From Klebsormidium nitens (taxonomy: Eukaryota; Plantae; Klebsormidiophyceae), in contig DF237165.1 of assembly GCA_000708835.1 (NCBI GenBank), forward strand, positions 62,001 through 126,000: 64,000 nucleotides of DNA, given 5' to 3'. The notes under the pieces were generated by a model. The model was given only the letters and a program-made list of their open reading frames with translations, did no database searches and was not told the origin of the DNA. Position numbers and translations under genes: made by a program. Positions 26,301 through 38,600 of the stretch are shown here, piece by piece (within the stretch, counting starts at the first letter, position 1; every line of letters starts with the position of its first letter).

Positions 26301-29300
26301 AACCTCCTCGGGGGAGGCTACGGCTTCGGCGCCTGCCAAGAGCTCTGCTAGATCTGACGGGAATGAAAGAACCGCAAACAGGACGGACGCAGGAATCCCT
26401 GTCCGGTCTCTGTCCAAGTCTTCAGACGGTCCAGCGGGAGCGTCCGAAACGGCCGATTCGAGCCGACTTGGTGCCGGGCCAGAAAGAGTGCCGGCGTCTG
26501 CGGAGATTGGCAATGGTCCGCAGGAGCTGTCACAAACGAGTCCATACGGCCTGCCGTGTCTGGTGGAAGTACTTCGGCTCCTGTGTTCGCTAATTGTGCC
26601 CGACAGAAAGTCCTCGCAGCACGAGGTAAGCCGTGCCATTTGCAGCCCGTAGATTTCAATTCTCCTTAGGTGGCAGGCCTCCGCAAAGTCGGGAAAGGGC
26701 CTGTCGAAGCTGTGTCTTGATCGTCATCTCTCCGTTTCTCGTCTCATCAAAGTCGTCCGTTGCTTACAGATACGCCTTTTCCGTAGGCTCGCTCCGACAG
26801 CAGCCAGAAACAATTTCACCGGGCTCGAACAACATCCGTCCGGTTGCCCAAAGAATAGCAATTGAATGCTGACCCCTTCTCTGCTTTACAGGACCGAACT
26901 CAGTTTGGCCTGGCGCTGCTGAGCGCTGCCATCGAGGTCGCGGGGGGCTCCTGCGAGAGGCACCCGCGCATTCTGGCCCTGGTCACGGACGACCTGTTCC
27001 GGAACCTAATGCAGGCGGGGCAGTCGAGCAACCTGCTGGTGCTGTCGCTGGTGTCGAGCATCGTACGGGGGCTCTACTGGCACTTCAAGCGTCATCTCAA
27101 GCTGCAGATGGCAGCCTTCTTCGAGAACGTCGTACTTCGAGCCGCCCAGGTAGGGCCCGACTCAGTGGTTGTGGCGAACGGCATGCTCGCGCTGGTGGTC
27201 TCGTCTTGTTTCAGCATGTGAGAACGCATGGTCGATAGTTGATTGCCTGTTTGAGAAGCTCCCTCGACGACTAGCTTCGAAGCAGTATGTCTTTCTACTT
27301 GGCCATTAGCCAGGGCTATGCTCAAAGCCGCTTGTACCATCGTATCTAACCTTCCGTTCAAGCAGAGCGCGAAAGGCTCGCTTGGGCGTGCTTGACGTAT
27401 CGGGAGTCAGTACGAGTAAGGGTGATGTTAGGATTGGATGTTCAAGTGATGGGCATGCTAATAGATATCATATAGACTTGCTTTGCATGACCAGATGATG
27501 ATGCCCACGTATTCCGCAGGGAGGGTATCACCAGCAAGAGGCGGCACTGGAGATCCTACAAGACTTTTGCCGACAGCCGTCCTTCATATCTGAGATGTAC
27601 GCCAACGCTGACGGTGACATCACCTGCGGCAACACCTTTGGTAAGGCCGGGCCGAGTTTTGAATTTGCAGGGGAGCAATTGGTCTTATCTATTTCGTGAC
27701 CAAACGCCTCGTCTTTGCCACAAGAAGTGGATGATGCTTGCCGATACAAAGTGATTCTGTAACGAGCTTCTCTATAATAGATCCTCTGATGATTTGCGTC
27801 TTATTCCTGCTGGTATCTTGTGTCCGCCCTGTCCTGGCTCTTCCTATTAAAATTCGTGTAGACAAGTTATGTTGAAGCAACTCAGGTCATGACACTATTG
27901 GTCACCGTGGTAGAATTTTGAGAGCCCCGTGAATGAAATAGACGAAGGATCCGTGGTTCGGATGAACCGTTCCTTGTAGCTTTACAGCACGTAATCGAAG
28001 CCTTTCTTTTTGGCTCGCTGCAGAAAACCTGAGCAACCTTCTGTCCAAGAATGCTTTCCCAGACAAAGCCACCCTCTCCGCGCTGAACCTGCTGTCTTTC
28101 GAAGGGCTGCTGGCCGTCGTTCAGTGCATGGCCGACCGGGCAGACAACGCGTCAGGTAATGCGTTGCACTGTCCTGCGCTCCTACCTTGTAAAACTGGTC
28201 GTGTATGTTCGGACACGATTTTCAGCGCATGTCCGAGTATGCATCTTACTCTCGACGGGGGTGTAAGGGGTAGCAGAGAGGTCCCAACCTCGTTTTGGGA
28301 GACGGAAAAGGTCTCGTATTCTAAAATGTTTCAAGTTACAAACTACGACCATCGCAATGCATCGTGGCTTCCTTTTCAAGGCTCTTTTGCTACTTTTTGA
28401 ACGACAGTCTTTATTGTCAACCTCCATGCCTCATCCTGCAAGTACTCTCAAAAGTTTGCTTATGTCTCTGGCGTTATATGCCTTGGAACATACAACTTTG
28501 GAATGAAGAGACGAAGAGCAGGAGGCTTCACTTTGAAGCATAAGGGCACTCAAACGGTTCTCTCAACGTGTCTCGGCGCAGTCAGCGGCTCTTCGAGCTC
28601 AGAGTACAACCTGGCGGAGGTCCCGCACTTTTGGACCCTCAATTGCGACAACTGGGAGGACCCTGAGGTGTGGGTCGAGTTCCTAAGGCGGCAAAAGTAT
28701 GTAAAGAGGCGGCTCATGATTGGAGCGGACCACTTCAACCGAGACCCCATTAGGGTGAGCCATCCTTCTTTCAGTGCCTTTTGGAGTCCTTCTTAGTCTA
28801 ACGTGCCAAAGTTGACTCGGTAAGGCACAAGCTTCCGCGCGTTGCACCACTCTCTAGCACCAGCAAGAAGTAGTTCAGTGGCTACGGATTGTGGACTGTG
28901 GACTTCCTTGCATGTGGCGGAATTTGAATCTTTCAGGCGAGGCTCATTCTTCAGGAACAAGAGCACTGCGCAGATCCTCGTCCTTCATTAGTTGCTTACT
29001 GCAGAGCGACTTGCATTATAAAGAAGTCCTCTTCTTCCGATCAGAGCCTGTCTGCTAACAATCATATCATGCCCGTTTGCAGGGGCTAGAATTCCTTCAG
29101 AACGTCCACCTCCTTCCTGAGCAGCTAGACCCAGCCAGTGTCGCCTTCTTCCTGTACTTGACGCCTGGGCTTGACAAGGTTGGCATTCTCGACCAACTTT
29201 TTATGCAGAACAGCATAATCATATCTTTACTAGGATCTGCATGAAAGATGTGCACGTGTCGCATCGTCAACAAAGGGGCTTTCTTGTTGCATCAACTGAT

Positions 29301-32300
29301 GCATTTGCGGCTTGTTCCTCTTGCTTATGAGGGGCGTCAAGGCCGCTTTCCCTCATTGCCGTTGTTTTCGAAGGCGCCCAGTCGGGTCGCCGGCTCTTGA
29401 TCGTTGAGATATGTTACTGATATGTACATTTCGAGCGCTGGCTAAAGGACGACCCGTCGTAACAACATCTACTCCTTCCAACTTGCAGAACGTTTTGGGG
29501 GATTACCTCAGCTCGTCTGACTCGTTCAACATCAGCATCCTGGAGTGCTTCACGAAGCAGTTCAACTTCACGGGGATGGCCCTCGACGGCGCCCTGCGCA
29601 CGTACCTGGAGGCGTTCCGGCTGCCTGGGGAGGCGCAGAAGATCAGCAGGGTGCTCGAGTCATTCGCATCTCACTACTACGAGCAGTGTCCACAGGCAAG
29701 GCCTAAAGCTGCAAGTGTGGTTGTTCCAGACCTGTGTGGTGCCAGAAACAGATGCCGCACAGGGAGTTTGCCTGCTGCTCACGAACGAGTTGTCCCGTCT
29801 GTGAACTTGTCTTTCAAACCGTTCCTCGAATGCGTTGTCCTCTGCTTAAAGCCCTTCGAATTAGATGCCGCACAGGGAATTTGCCTGCTGCTCACGAACG
29901 AGTTGTCCTGTCTATGAACGTGTCTTTCAAAACGTTCCTCGAATGCGTTGTCCTCTGGTTAAACCCCTTCGAATTGGTGGTCTCCTTCTGAATGCACGCC
30001 TCGAACGGCAACGTTAGTTTGCAGTTACATGATGCCAACGTGCACGCTTGTGTAAAATCTCTGGCGGATTTTGTCAGAGTGTTTACGTGCTCTATCTCCT
30101 CGGGCTGCCCGCAGGTATTTGCTCATGAGGACGTTGTCTCTGCGCTCTCACACTCAGTTCTCATGCTTAACTCAAACCTGCACACCAAAAAGGTGGGCGT
30201 ACTCCCGCTTAACTTGTCTTTTCCACAGTAAAGGTCGTAGATTGCAGGCCCGTTCAGGAGTAGGCCACTTTCAACCCTTGGTCTAGTGAGTGGCAGCTTG
30301 GAAGTGCCGATTGAGGTGTATATGCAGGCATCATGGTGACCGCAGATGCTGAAGTTGAAAGATCCAACGGCTCTCGTGAGGCCTGCAGATGATAATGTGC
30401 TCCTATTTTGTCTTTTGAACGAAACCTCAAATTCGACAGTTTACCGGGTAACGTTCCGAAAGGTGCCCGATAGGCTTCAGCATGTTATCCCTTTATAAGG
30501 CAGCTGCTTATTCTGACGTCGAGTGCCGTTGCTGTGCCTAGGTAACGCGGAAGGTGACAGAGGAAGACTTCATCCGAAGCAATCAAAAGATCAACGTCGG
30601 GAAGGAGCTGCCTCGAGAGATGCTCACACAGCTGTACCGGTCGATTGCAGAAAACGGTGAGTAAGCAGCACGATTCAGAGCGATGATTGATATCCTCAGC
30701 TGTGAAGCTTCGGGTAACAAAAGCGAGCAACGTTTCTAGCACTTTGCTTCTTCCTACAAGACGAGAGTTGGCATGCAGAGTGTAAACTTGCGACGGGTCT
30801 TGGAAACTGGGTCATGAAAAGCTGAATGCTCTGACCTTCTTCCATCCCGTCGAAGGGTACCCGCGGACGGAACAAGGTACTGAATTGATAGTGGCAGCTT
30901 AAGCACGTATTGTCGAATTGAATGCTATCTTTCCATGCACCCAGCGGCGTTACTATATAGATCCTCGGAGCCCAAGCAACCTGCCTACCTGAGGCCTTCC
31001 TTTGCGACTCTTTTCTTCGCGAAAGGACGATCCTATACACGAATTCCCTGGTCTGCCAGAAAACACGCTGAGCCCTCATCCTTGCTTGTCGCAGAGATCC
31101 CCGTGTCGAGCGAGAGCCTGGTTGCAGAGCCCAGCATGACGCACGGCCGGTGGCTAGATTTGCTGCGGCGCTCCCAGGCCACGACGCCCTTCCTCTCCTG
31201 CGACCCAACCGAGCCGCTGCTCGACCGCGACATGTTCTCCGTCATCTGGGGGCCAGCGATCGCAGCCATCTCAGCTGGTAAGGAACCGTCTCTGCTTCCA
31301 AGAACGGGGTTAGTAGGCCCGGTGCATTTTCAGCCAGATGCAAACGGTCGCATGGGTCGTTTGACCAGAATCCAGTGAGCTGCAGGAGCACCACTTTCTC
31401 CGAGTGACCCTATTGGCAAGTAAAAAAGGTGGTATTAATACCAGGAGTGTAATTATTGTGATCCTTTCAAGCCCTTCGACATAGGGTGCACTCTTCGGTC
31501 CTGCTGCGCTGGCTGTTTGCTTTGACAACAGAAGGCGTCTCGTCTTCACGTGATTTATTGCCGCCTCGTGCAAAAGGGTTGATGCTGCACAACATCTAAC
31601 TACCGCCTTCTGCTTGTGCCGCAGTGTTTGATCACGCGGAGAAAGCGGACACGCTCCAGCAGTGCGTGGCCGGCTTTCTTGCCGCGGCCAAGATCTCAGC
31701 GGCGCATCATATGAGTGACGTCCTGGACAACCTGGTGGTTGATCTCTGCAAGTTCATCACGCCCTTCGGCGATGAGAGGCCTGCCACTGAGAACACCAAG
31801 GTGCGTTTCAGGCAGTCGTTGAGATTGCAATTTCCAGGTTTCATCGACGGGCATATTCGAGCACTTGAACAAGGATGAGCGGGAGCGGGCCACCGTCGTC
31901 ACAAAGGATTTTGGAAATGTCGAGAAATCGCTCTTTGCTTTCATGTTGTTCTGAGCATACCGTCCAATGAAGTATTCTGAGTTAGTGAGTTCTGCATGAC
32001 CCAGTGATCGGCCTGAAATTCTCGTCCACATATGCAAGCATGTCGATTCTCCGCTGCACTTGTGCTACATCAGATTCCACGGGCTTGTGCCAACAAGCCT
32101 TCGGCCTCTGGCGATGTGCAGGCCCGCATGGCAGCTACCGCTGTTTCTGAGATTGTCGACCGTCATGGTGACATGATCCGCAGCGGGCGGCGAAGGTCCA
32201 TCGAGTCAATACTTCGACTGCACAAGCTGGGCCTACCGTCAACCACGAACGACCCGTCACAAGATGGTCAGAACCAGCCCAGCGACAGCCGAGAAGGTTG

Positions 32301-32634
32301 GTGTCTGGCAGCACTGCTTTCTGTGCGTCCGGAGTAGATGGAAACGCAGGAAAGGAGGACAAGCGAAGTACACCAGCTGTGTGGGGCCTACGATAGCGTC
32401 CGAGTTGGATGACTCGGCCGCAGGTCTTCAATGCTCGATCTGGGTAATCACGTCGTTTTCCAGTGTGGGATCCTAGGACTCGTCATGTGATGCGTGGGAG
32501 TGCTCGTATAGCATTGGTTTGACTTTTGAGAGTGTCCGTGCAGGGTTGTCCATCCTTGCCAATGCTGCTGCAGCGTCGGTTGTTGGCATTGAGATTGTGT
32601 CGGCCAGTCGGAACCGTGGGGGCAGCGCAGACAC
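23364..32634 (+). CDS. GNOM: Diverged GNOM/GBF1-type ARF-GEF paralog, copy A (DCB, HUS, Sec7, HDS1; truncated after exon 18; ~943 codons, no internal stops)
   Basis: 18 exons: 23364-23507, 24105-24177, 24692-24823, 25283-25401, 25794-25957, 26232-26625, 26892-27149, 27520-27640, 28024-28155, 28582-28754, 29083-29178, 29489-29695, 30115-30192, 30542-30656, 31095-31277, 31625-31800, 32122-32296, 32544-32634. Each matches an exon of the gene at 44184-59325 in phase; 14 of 18 also match in length. The Sec7 motif [14 protein letters not shown] is intact (Glu codon 29630-29632). No homologues of exons 19-26 are present downstream. Confidence 0.9.
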
Positions 32635-35600
32635 GTAAGATACTCCATACTGACGACTTAGCAAGCCCCAAAAGTGGTGGCAAATGCTGCAAAACCTCAG
32701 GCCTCCGGTCAATTGTCCCGCCATCATCTTGCTCCTTGCTGGATGCTTGCGCCTGAGGATACGTTGAATGCTTCATTATGTCTGCTTCGAGAACGGTCAC
32801 AAGAACGTTGCGTCGATTTTGGCGTCTATCAACAGCTGCAGCTTTTGCTGAAAATGTATTTTTTCCAAAGGTCGAAGCTGAGACGAAATATGTTCCCCCG
32901 CAGCAACCGTGACCAGGAGCAGAGCCCCATTGATGCGCAACGCGGCTCTGCACGTGGTTCACTGAAGACCTCCCCGCCCAAGGCACGGAACGCGAAAGCT
33001 CTAAACCCGCTTACTCAGGCGTACATACCCCCAACCAGAAGGGCGAGCGGCTCACAGGACCTGCCCGCTTCAAAGCTATCCAACCTTGTGGAGAGTAAGA
33101 CCCAACCCCAACTCAAGCCCCGGATCCGGACCCCATCTCCAACCCCAACTCAAGGTCATATCCAATCCAAGCCCCAAACCCAAACCCCATCCCCAAACCC
33201 AATCCAAACTCAATTCCAACCCGCTACCCCCACCCAAACCCAGCCTACCGTCAAAGTTCCTGAGCCGTCAAAGAGCGCGCTCAATGCGGATTCGCCCTCT
33301 TGGCAGCCCCCGTCAAAACTGGCCGCATCAGCCCTCAAAGGGTTAGCGTTGGGAGGAGCTCAAAACTCCCTTTCCAAGTCGCTGAGTATCCCAAGTGCGG
33401 ACGCCCGGAAGAAGGACACGGACTGGGACGTGCAGCTTCCGGACGGTTTCGTGGAAGCGGCGGTCAGTCCGGTCGGGATATCAGACTCTGCATTTAACCT
33501 TTTAGGTCCGGAGGGGGAAGGAGAGAAAGGGGAAGCGGCGGTGAGAAGTTCGACTGGTGCCACGGAGAGAGAAGGGGCGGATGCAGCGCCAACGTCGGAT
33601 GGGGCTAAGAACCAATCGGACAGCGTGGACCTTGGGTACGACGACCTGCCCGAGAATCTAGACGGACTGGCAGATGACGACATGTCGAATCTGGACGCGG
33701 TTCTCAACGCCGTCCCCGGGTTCAATCTTATCTCAGATGACGAGGATGACGATGATCACGCAGAGCAGAGCGGAGGCGACCACGAAAACGGTTCAGATTC
33801 CCGCGCTGCTCATTTTCACGGGGCTCACTCGGCAAACGGAGGTCCAAATGGGAGGCCATCATCAAAGGAGACCGGGAAAGGGTGGTTGGCCGTACTGGAA
33901 AGTAGAAAAGCGACGCAGGCAGAAACTAGTGGACGGGAGACTCCAATCGCAACGGAAGGGAAACAAATGAAAAGACAGGAGGAACCTGATATGAAGGCAA
34001 AGGAGGGGCGGAAACCGGACGAAGCAGAGCGGCGGCCAGCGGAAACAGCGGGACCCACTTGGCGGCAGGAGACGAAGGCGCCAGAACCGCTGGAGTGGCG
34101 GAAGCGCCAAACGGCGCAGTCCTCTCATTGGCGAGATGACCGGCGGTGGACTCCGCCGGTAGACCCTAGAAAACCGTTTGGGGAGGCGAATCCACTAAGC
34201 GCAGGCAGCCCTGCGGGTGGAGCTCCTAGGGGGGGCTTTGTGAGCCAGCTCATTTTGCAGCCGCCCGAGAAACCGAAGCAGCCTCCGGAGGTGCGGGAAA
34301 GGCTGCCAGCTGGCATGGCACCTCGGGAGCCCTCTTCCCGGACTCCGCTTTTAAAAGCATTCAGCAGCCAGTTGGCGAGCGTCCCCACCCCCCCTCCAGA
34401 GGCTGGGCCTGCCGGCAGGCTAGCACAGCCCAACAACGCGGGCGCGTCTGTCCCGCCCGGCTTTTCCAAACCCCTTCCCGCCACCGAGCGTGCTCCGCCC
34501 GCTGTTGCCCCGTCCCAGCCAATATCGAGCACACGAGAAGTTGTGTCCGATAGCGAACCCCGTTCCTCCAGCCCGCTCGCTGGTGCGCCGCTCAGCAAAC
34601 CCGGCGTCCCCTCTCGGTTAGTCCTGTCCCGGGTGCTGGTGAAGCGAACGGTCGTTCAGGAAGGACACAATCTCGGCCCTCCGGCGGAGTCGCCCGTTTG
34701 TCAGGATGCGGAGGTGCACGTGGATAAGCGGAGTCAGCTCCACCTCCGGGCAGTGGCGGAGCTTGGCAGCGGGCCGAACGGACAGCTTCAGGATCTGCCG
34801 TCCTGGCTGGGACGTCCGGTAGACCTTTCGGACGGTCCAAAAGGCTTCTTCGAAGCCGTTCCTAAGGTGTCAGATGACGTTTCGCGGCCCGTATCTGGTC
34901 TGTCCAGCTCGGAAAGACGAAGTGCAATTGCGGAGAACCCTGCTAGCGCAGGGGCGCCAGAGGGTGACACGTGGAGGACGGGGGGTGGGGAGCGGCAAGC
35001 GCAGCAGCCGTGGCGAGTGCCGTTCGTTGAGTCTGGTGGAGGCGAAACGAAGCTGAGGGCTGCCGTGGTGAGCTAGCGTGTTATTTTTCTGGTCGTTCGA
35101 GGTCCCGGCCAAGTTCTGGCACTCAGATGCATGCTAACAGGGTCCAAGTCGTTGGGAAGAGTTTAGCTTTCTCATGTCTCACTTCCTGATTGTTGCGTTC
35201 CTCTTTTTCTCAGTGTCCGTGAGTCCCCGCTGGTTGTCGTTCCACCAAAAAAATCCGTGTGACTGACTTGGAAGGTGTTTCTTTTTCGGATGGATTGAAG
35301 TGCTATTCCGACTTTAACCAAAACATTCTGGAAAGTGATATACACTCAAAAGGTTTCAGTGAGGGACTGCCGAAGGGGAACGTGTGCAAGTTATTATGTG
35401 CCAACTCGATACCAAGTGCAGGTTTCTCAAAGAGATGCTGCTGCGCTCACTCTGAGACATTTGTCCGTTGCCAAAACCGAGGAAACCCTTCGTTTGATTT
35501 TGGGCCTGTGAGATCCGCAGCACGTTCTGTATAGAGAACTTGCACTTGTAACGTTGCTCTTCTCCAGGTCCTGTCTGAACCAAGAACGAGACACGTCTCT

Positions 35601-38600
35601 TAACGCTACTCCTTGTGGCATTGCAGGCGTCACCGCCGCCCCCTCCCGTCGTGCACCCCCAGGAAATGCTCCGCCGTCTCCTGCCCCCAGGCGCACATCC
35701 GCCACTTACGTCATCCACTTCCGACCCCGAGCCCTTTTCTCAAGTCGCGCTCAACCCCCGGCCAGACAGCTCCCCGCACTTCGCTTCCCTTAATCCGGCA
35801 GAAAACCGCGGCTCGTGGGTTCCCGCCCCACAGTGGGCGCCACAAGTCCAGTCCCGCCCCCCTAGTTCAATTGCGCAAGTGCCATCTGCATTTGGACAGC
35901 ACAGCCAGGCAATGCCCGACCAGGAGCTCAACTACTGGTCGAGCACTAACCACGACCTAAACCCGCCACAAGACTCACTTCCGCCAGGATCGTCCGGTTG
36001 GCCTGGGGAGGTGGATGCTTTCCGGACGGACCAACACCCTGCCGAACACGGGAACAGTGCCAACAACCTCCGAAGTCACCCCCTACAAAACCACCCCTCC
36101 TTGGCACCACCAGCGGCACATTACCAGAGCGGATTCGCCCCCCTACCGCCTACCAGTGTCCCGAATCCGCAGACTCCCCCTCTGAGCGCCCTGCAAAACG
36201 CCCCGCACATCCGCAAGTTGCAAGCCACCGTTCAGGAGCACTTCCAGCGGACCGGGGGGCTGAAGAGCCCGGGAGAGGTGCCTTCGCCAAACAGTCAACC
36301 TGCGGAGTTCCCACCTTTTGGAGCAGCGTACAAGCCGGAATCTCCTGTAGAGAGGAGCTGTTCGGGAGGAAGAGACGGAAGTGGGGGTAGGTGGGGCGAC
36401 AACACTGTACCTGGCTATCAGCAACAGGCCCAGTACCCCTCCTTCAACGGGGAAGACTTCAGGGGTCCGGAGGTGGGGCGAAACCATAATGGGGGGCAAG
36501 AATACATGGTCAACCAAGCCCCCCTGCCTGAGCTTTTGGGTCCTGCTGGCTCTCTGCTGCCGAGAGAGAGGCCGTCTCCTTACTCTTCCCATTCGGAGTA
36601 CGATCACGTGGGTCCGTACGCCCATCACCCATTTGCGCACTCTGAACTGCCCCGCGAAGCGACTCAGGAATCCATGGTGCTTCCGCCAGAGTACCTCCAT
36701 GGTCGGCCGTCAATGTCGCCAGAATTGCCGACCGAGCGGTCCCCGCAAGGTGGAAACGCAGCCAGTAGAGCCCCCGAGAGGAAAGGGGCGTACAATCCGT
36801 TGCAACAGCAGGTGGCGCCTCAGGAGAAGGCAAAGCCAAACGAGGACTCGGTGTCGGATGCGGACCTGCAAAAGCTCCTGGATGACTGTGCCTTGCTGGA
36901 CGCGTCTCAGCCGGAGGCGGGTGAGCCAGTCGAAAGAGGGGCATGGGGAATCTCCGTCGAAGCTCCCGCTCCTTGGCGGGACGTGAGAACGGCTGAAATC
37001 GGAAACCTTGATAGGGTGAGGGAGGGAGAGCGGCTGAATGAGGCGGCATTGGCGGCTCACACGGCGGGCCGTGTTGGTGCGAATGGGGCCGTGCGGACAG
37101 CCGCGCAAATGGTGGCTGGCCGACCGGACGAGGAGCAGTTTGAGGCGGATATTAAGGCCGCCATGGACGTGAGCTTGGAAGGTACGGGGACGGCAACACA
37201 TTTCGAAAGCTTTATGGGGGGTCGCCGTCTTGGAGCACACGTGTTTCTGGTTTTTGGAGTCAGGTGGTCGAGACGCGGCAGCAGGTGCAAGAACAGCTTG
37301 TCCAATTCGGATACATCAAAGTCGAAGTGTTCTGGTTTGGCCCTTATTACTGCTTTGAGATGGTGCTTACGGGTCATTGCGAGCTTTTCATTCTGCTTTC
37401 TCCGTTTTCGAGCTGAGTTGTAGCCCTTGCCGCTAGGGATTCAAACACGTTCTCCCCAAGCTTGAGCAGTTCGCGACGTCAGAATACCCACATACCATAG
37501 AGCAAGCTTTCTACCGTGCTGCAAACAGTTGCACCTCTGGCAGGTTTAAGGTCCCGCGTCAACGTCCTGAAGAAGCACTTGTATGTACGTGAGTGCTCCA
37601 CCGTCTTTCGCTTCATTGGCAAACCATTCCCGTTTGGATGACTGACATCAATCCCCCATCTGCACAGAGTACCGGTCTCAAGGAGGAGCGTCGCAGCGCC
37701 CAGCAGCACAGACGAAAAGCTGGCCCTCGGTGCGCGTCAGCGCCGCCCCCAAGCCGGCCGTGGGGAAGGGGCTGGCCAACCGATCGGGGGAGTACAACTG
37801 CTTCCTCAACGTTATCATTCAGGTGAGCTCCACATCTTGCTTTACCGCTTCCTGGGCTGTGTTTAGTCAGCGCACTGCGCCCTTGTTGGTTGTGTCCTTT
37901 CAATGCAGTCCAAGAGCCTGGTCAGAGTGGGTAGCAATCTATAGATCGGAGGAAAACCTGTTCTGTTGCTGTTTTGCTTTTAAGGTATCAGCCAGCTCCT
38001 TGCCTCGTTGGGGTGTTGAGTTCACGGGGACACATTGGTGCTTCTCGGTTTAAGAGTCCTCGTGAGCATACTTTGAGCCGACCTCTACCTAGGACGCACC
38101 CTGCTCTGCTAATAACCTTCCTAGCCCATCCTGTGCTTGTCGATCACAAAGGGACACGGATACACTAGACTGACCATGCAGTCGTTGGAGTGTTGACTAA
38201 AGCCCATTCCCTTCCTCTCCCTGCAGTCGCTTTGGCACCTGGTCCCTTTCCGGCGGAACGTGATGTTACATCCCGTCCCCAAGCGCCCGCCGTCGGATGC
38301 CCCGCTGTACGTGCGCCGCCAGGCCGTCTTGCACGGCCTGAAGGGGATCTTCAGGGCGCTCTCTGCAGACGACGGCAAACCCACAGCGGTGCGTTCCCTA
38401 AGTCAAATTCCCTCACACTCTCTGAGCGGTTCGATAACTGGTGCACAAATATCTAGGACGGCTAAGTATTGTGATGAGCGCACATTGGGTTGGATCTGCT
38501 AGGTTAGGTGGCGTTAGGAACGAACTCACCTCTCATTGAAAAAGGGGACGAGGTAGGTAGTGAACGTGGATACGCGGGCGCCTTTGCTGCTCTTCCATTT

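Noticed and set aside
23364-32634. Calling GNOM copy A a pseudogene
   Set aside because: All 18 exons are open, splice sites and phases are conserved, and every length difference from copy B is a multiple of 3, despite intron divergence.
33631-33750. Possible ATG8-interacting motifs (GYDDL, GFNLI) in an acidic patch
   Set aside because: Four-residue motifs are expected by chance in over 1200 aa of disordered sequence and there is no independent support.
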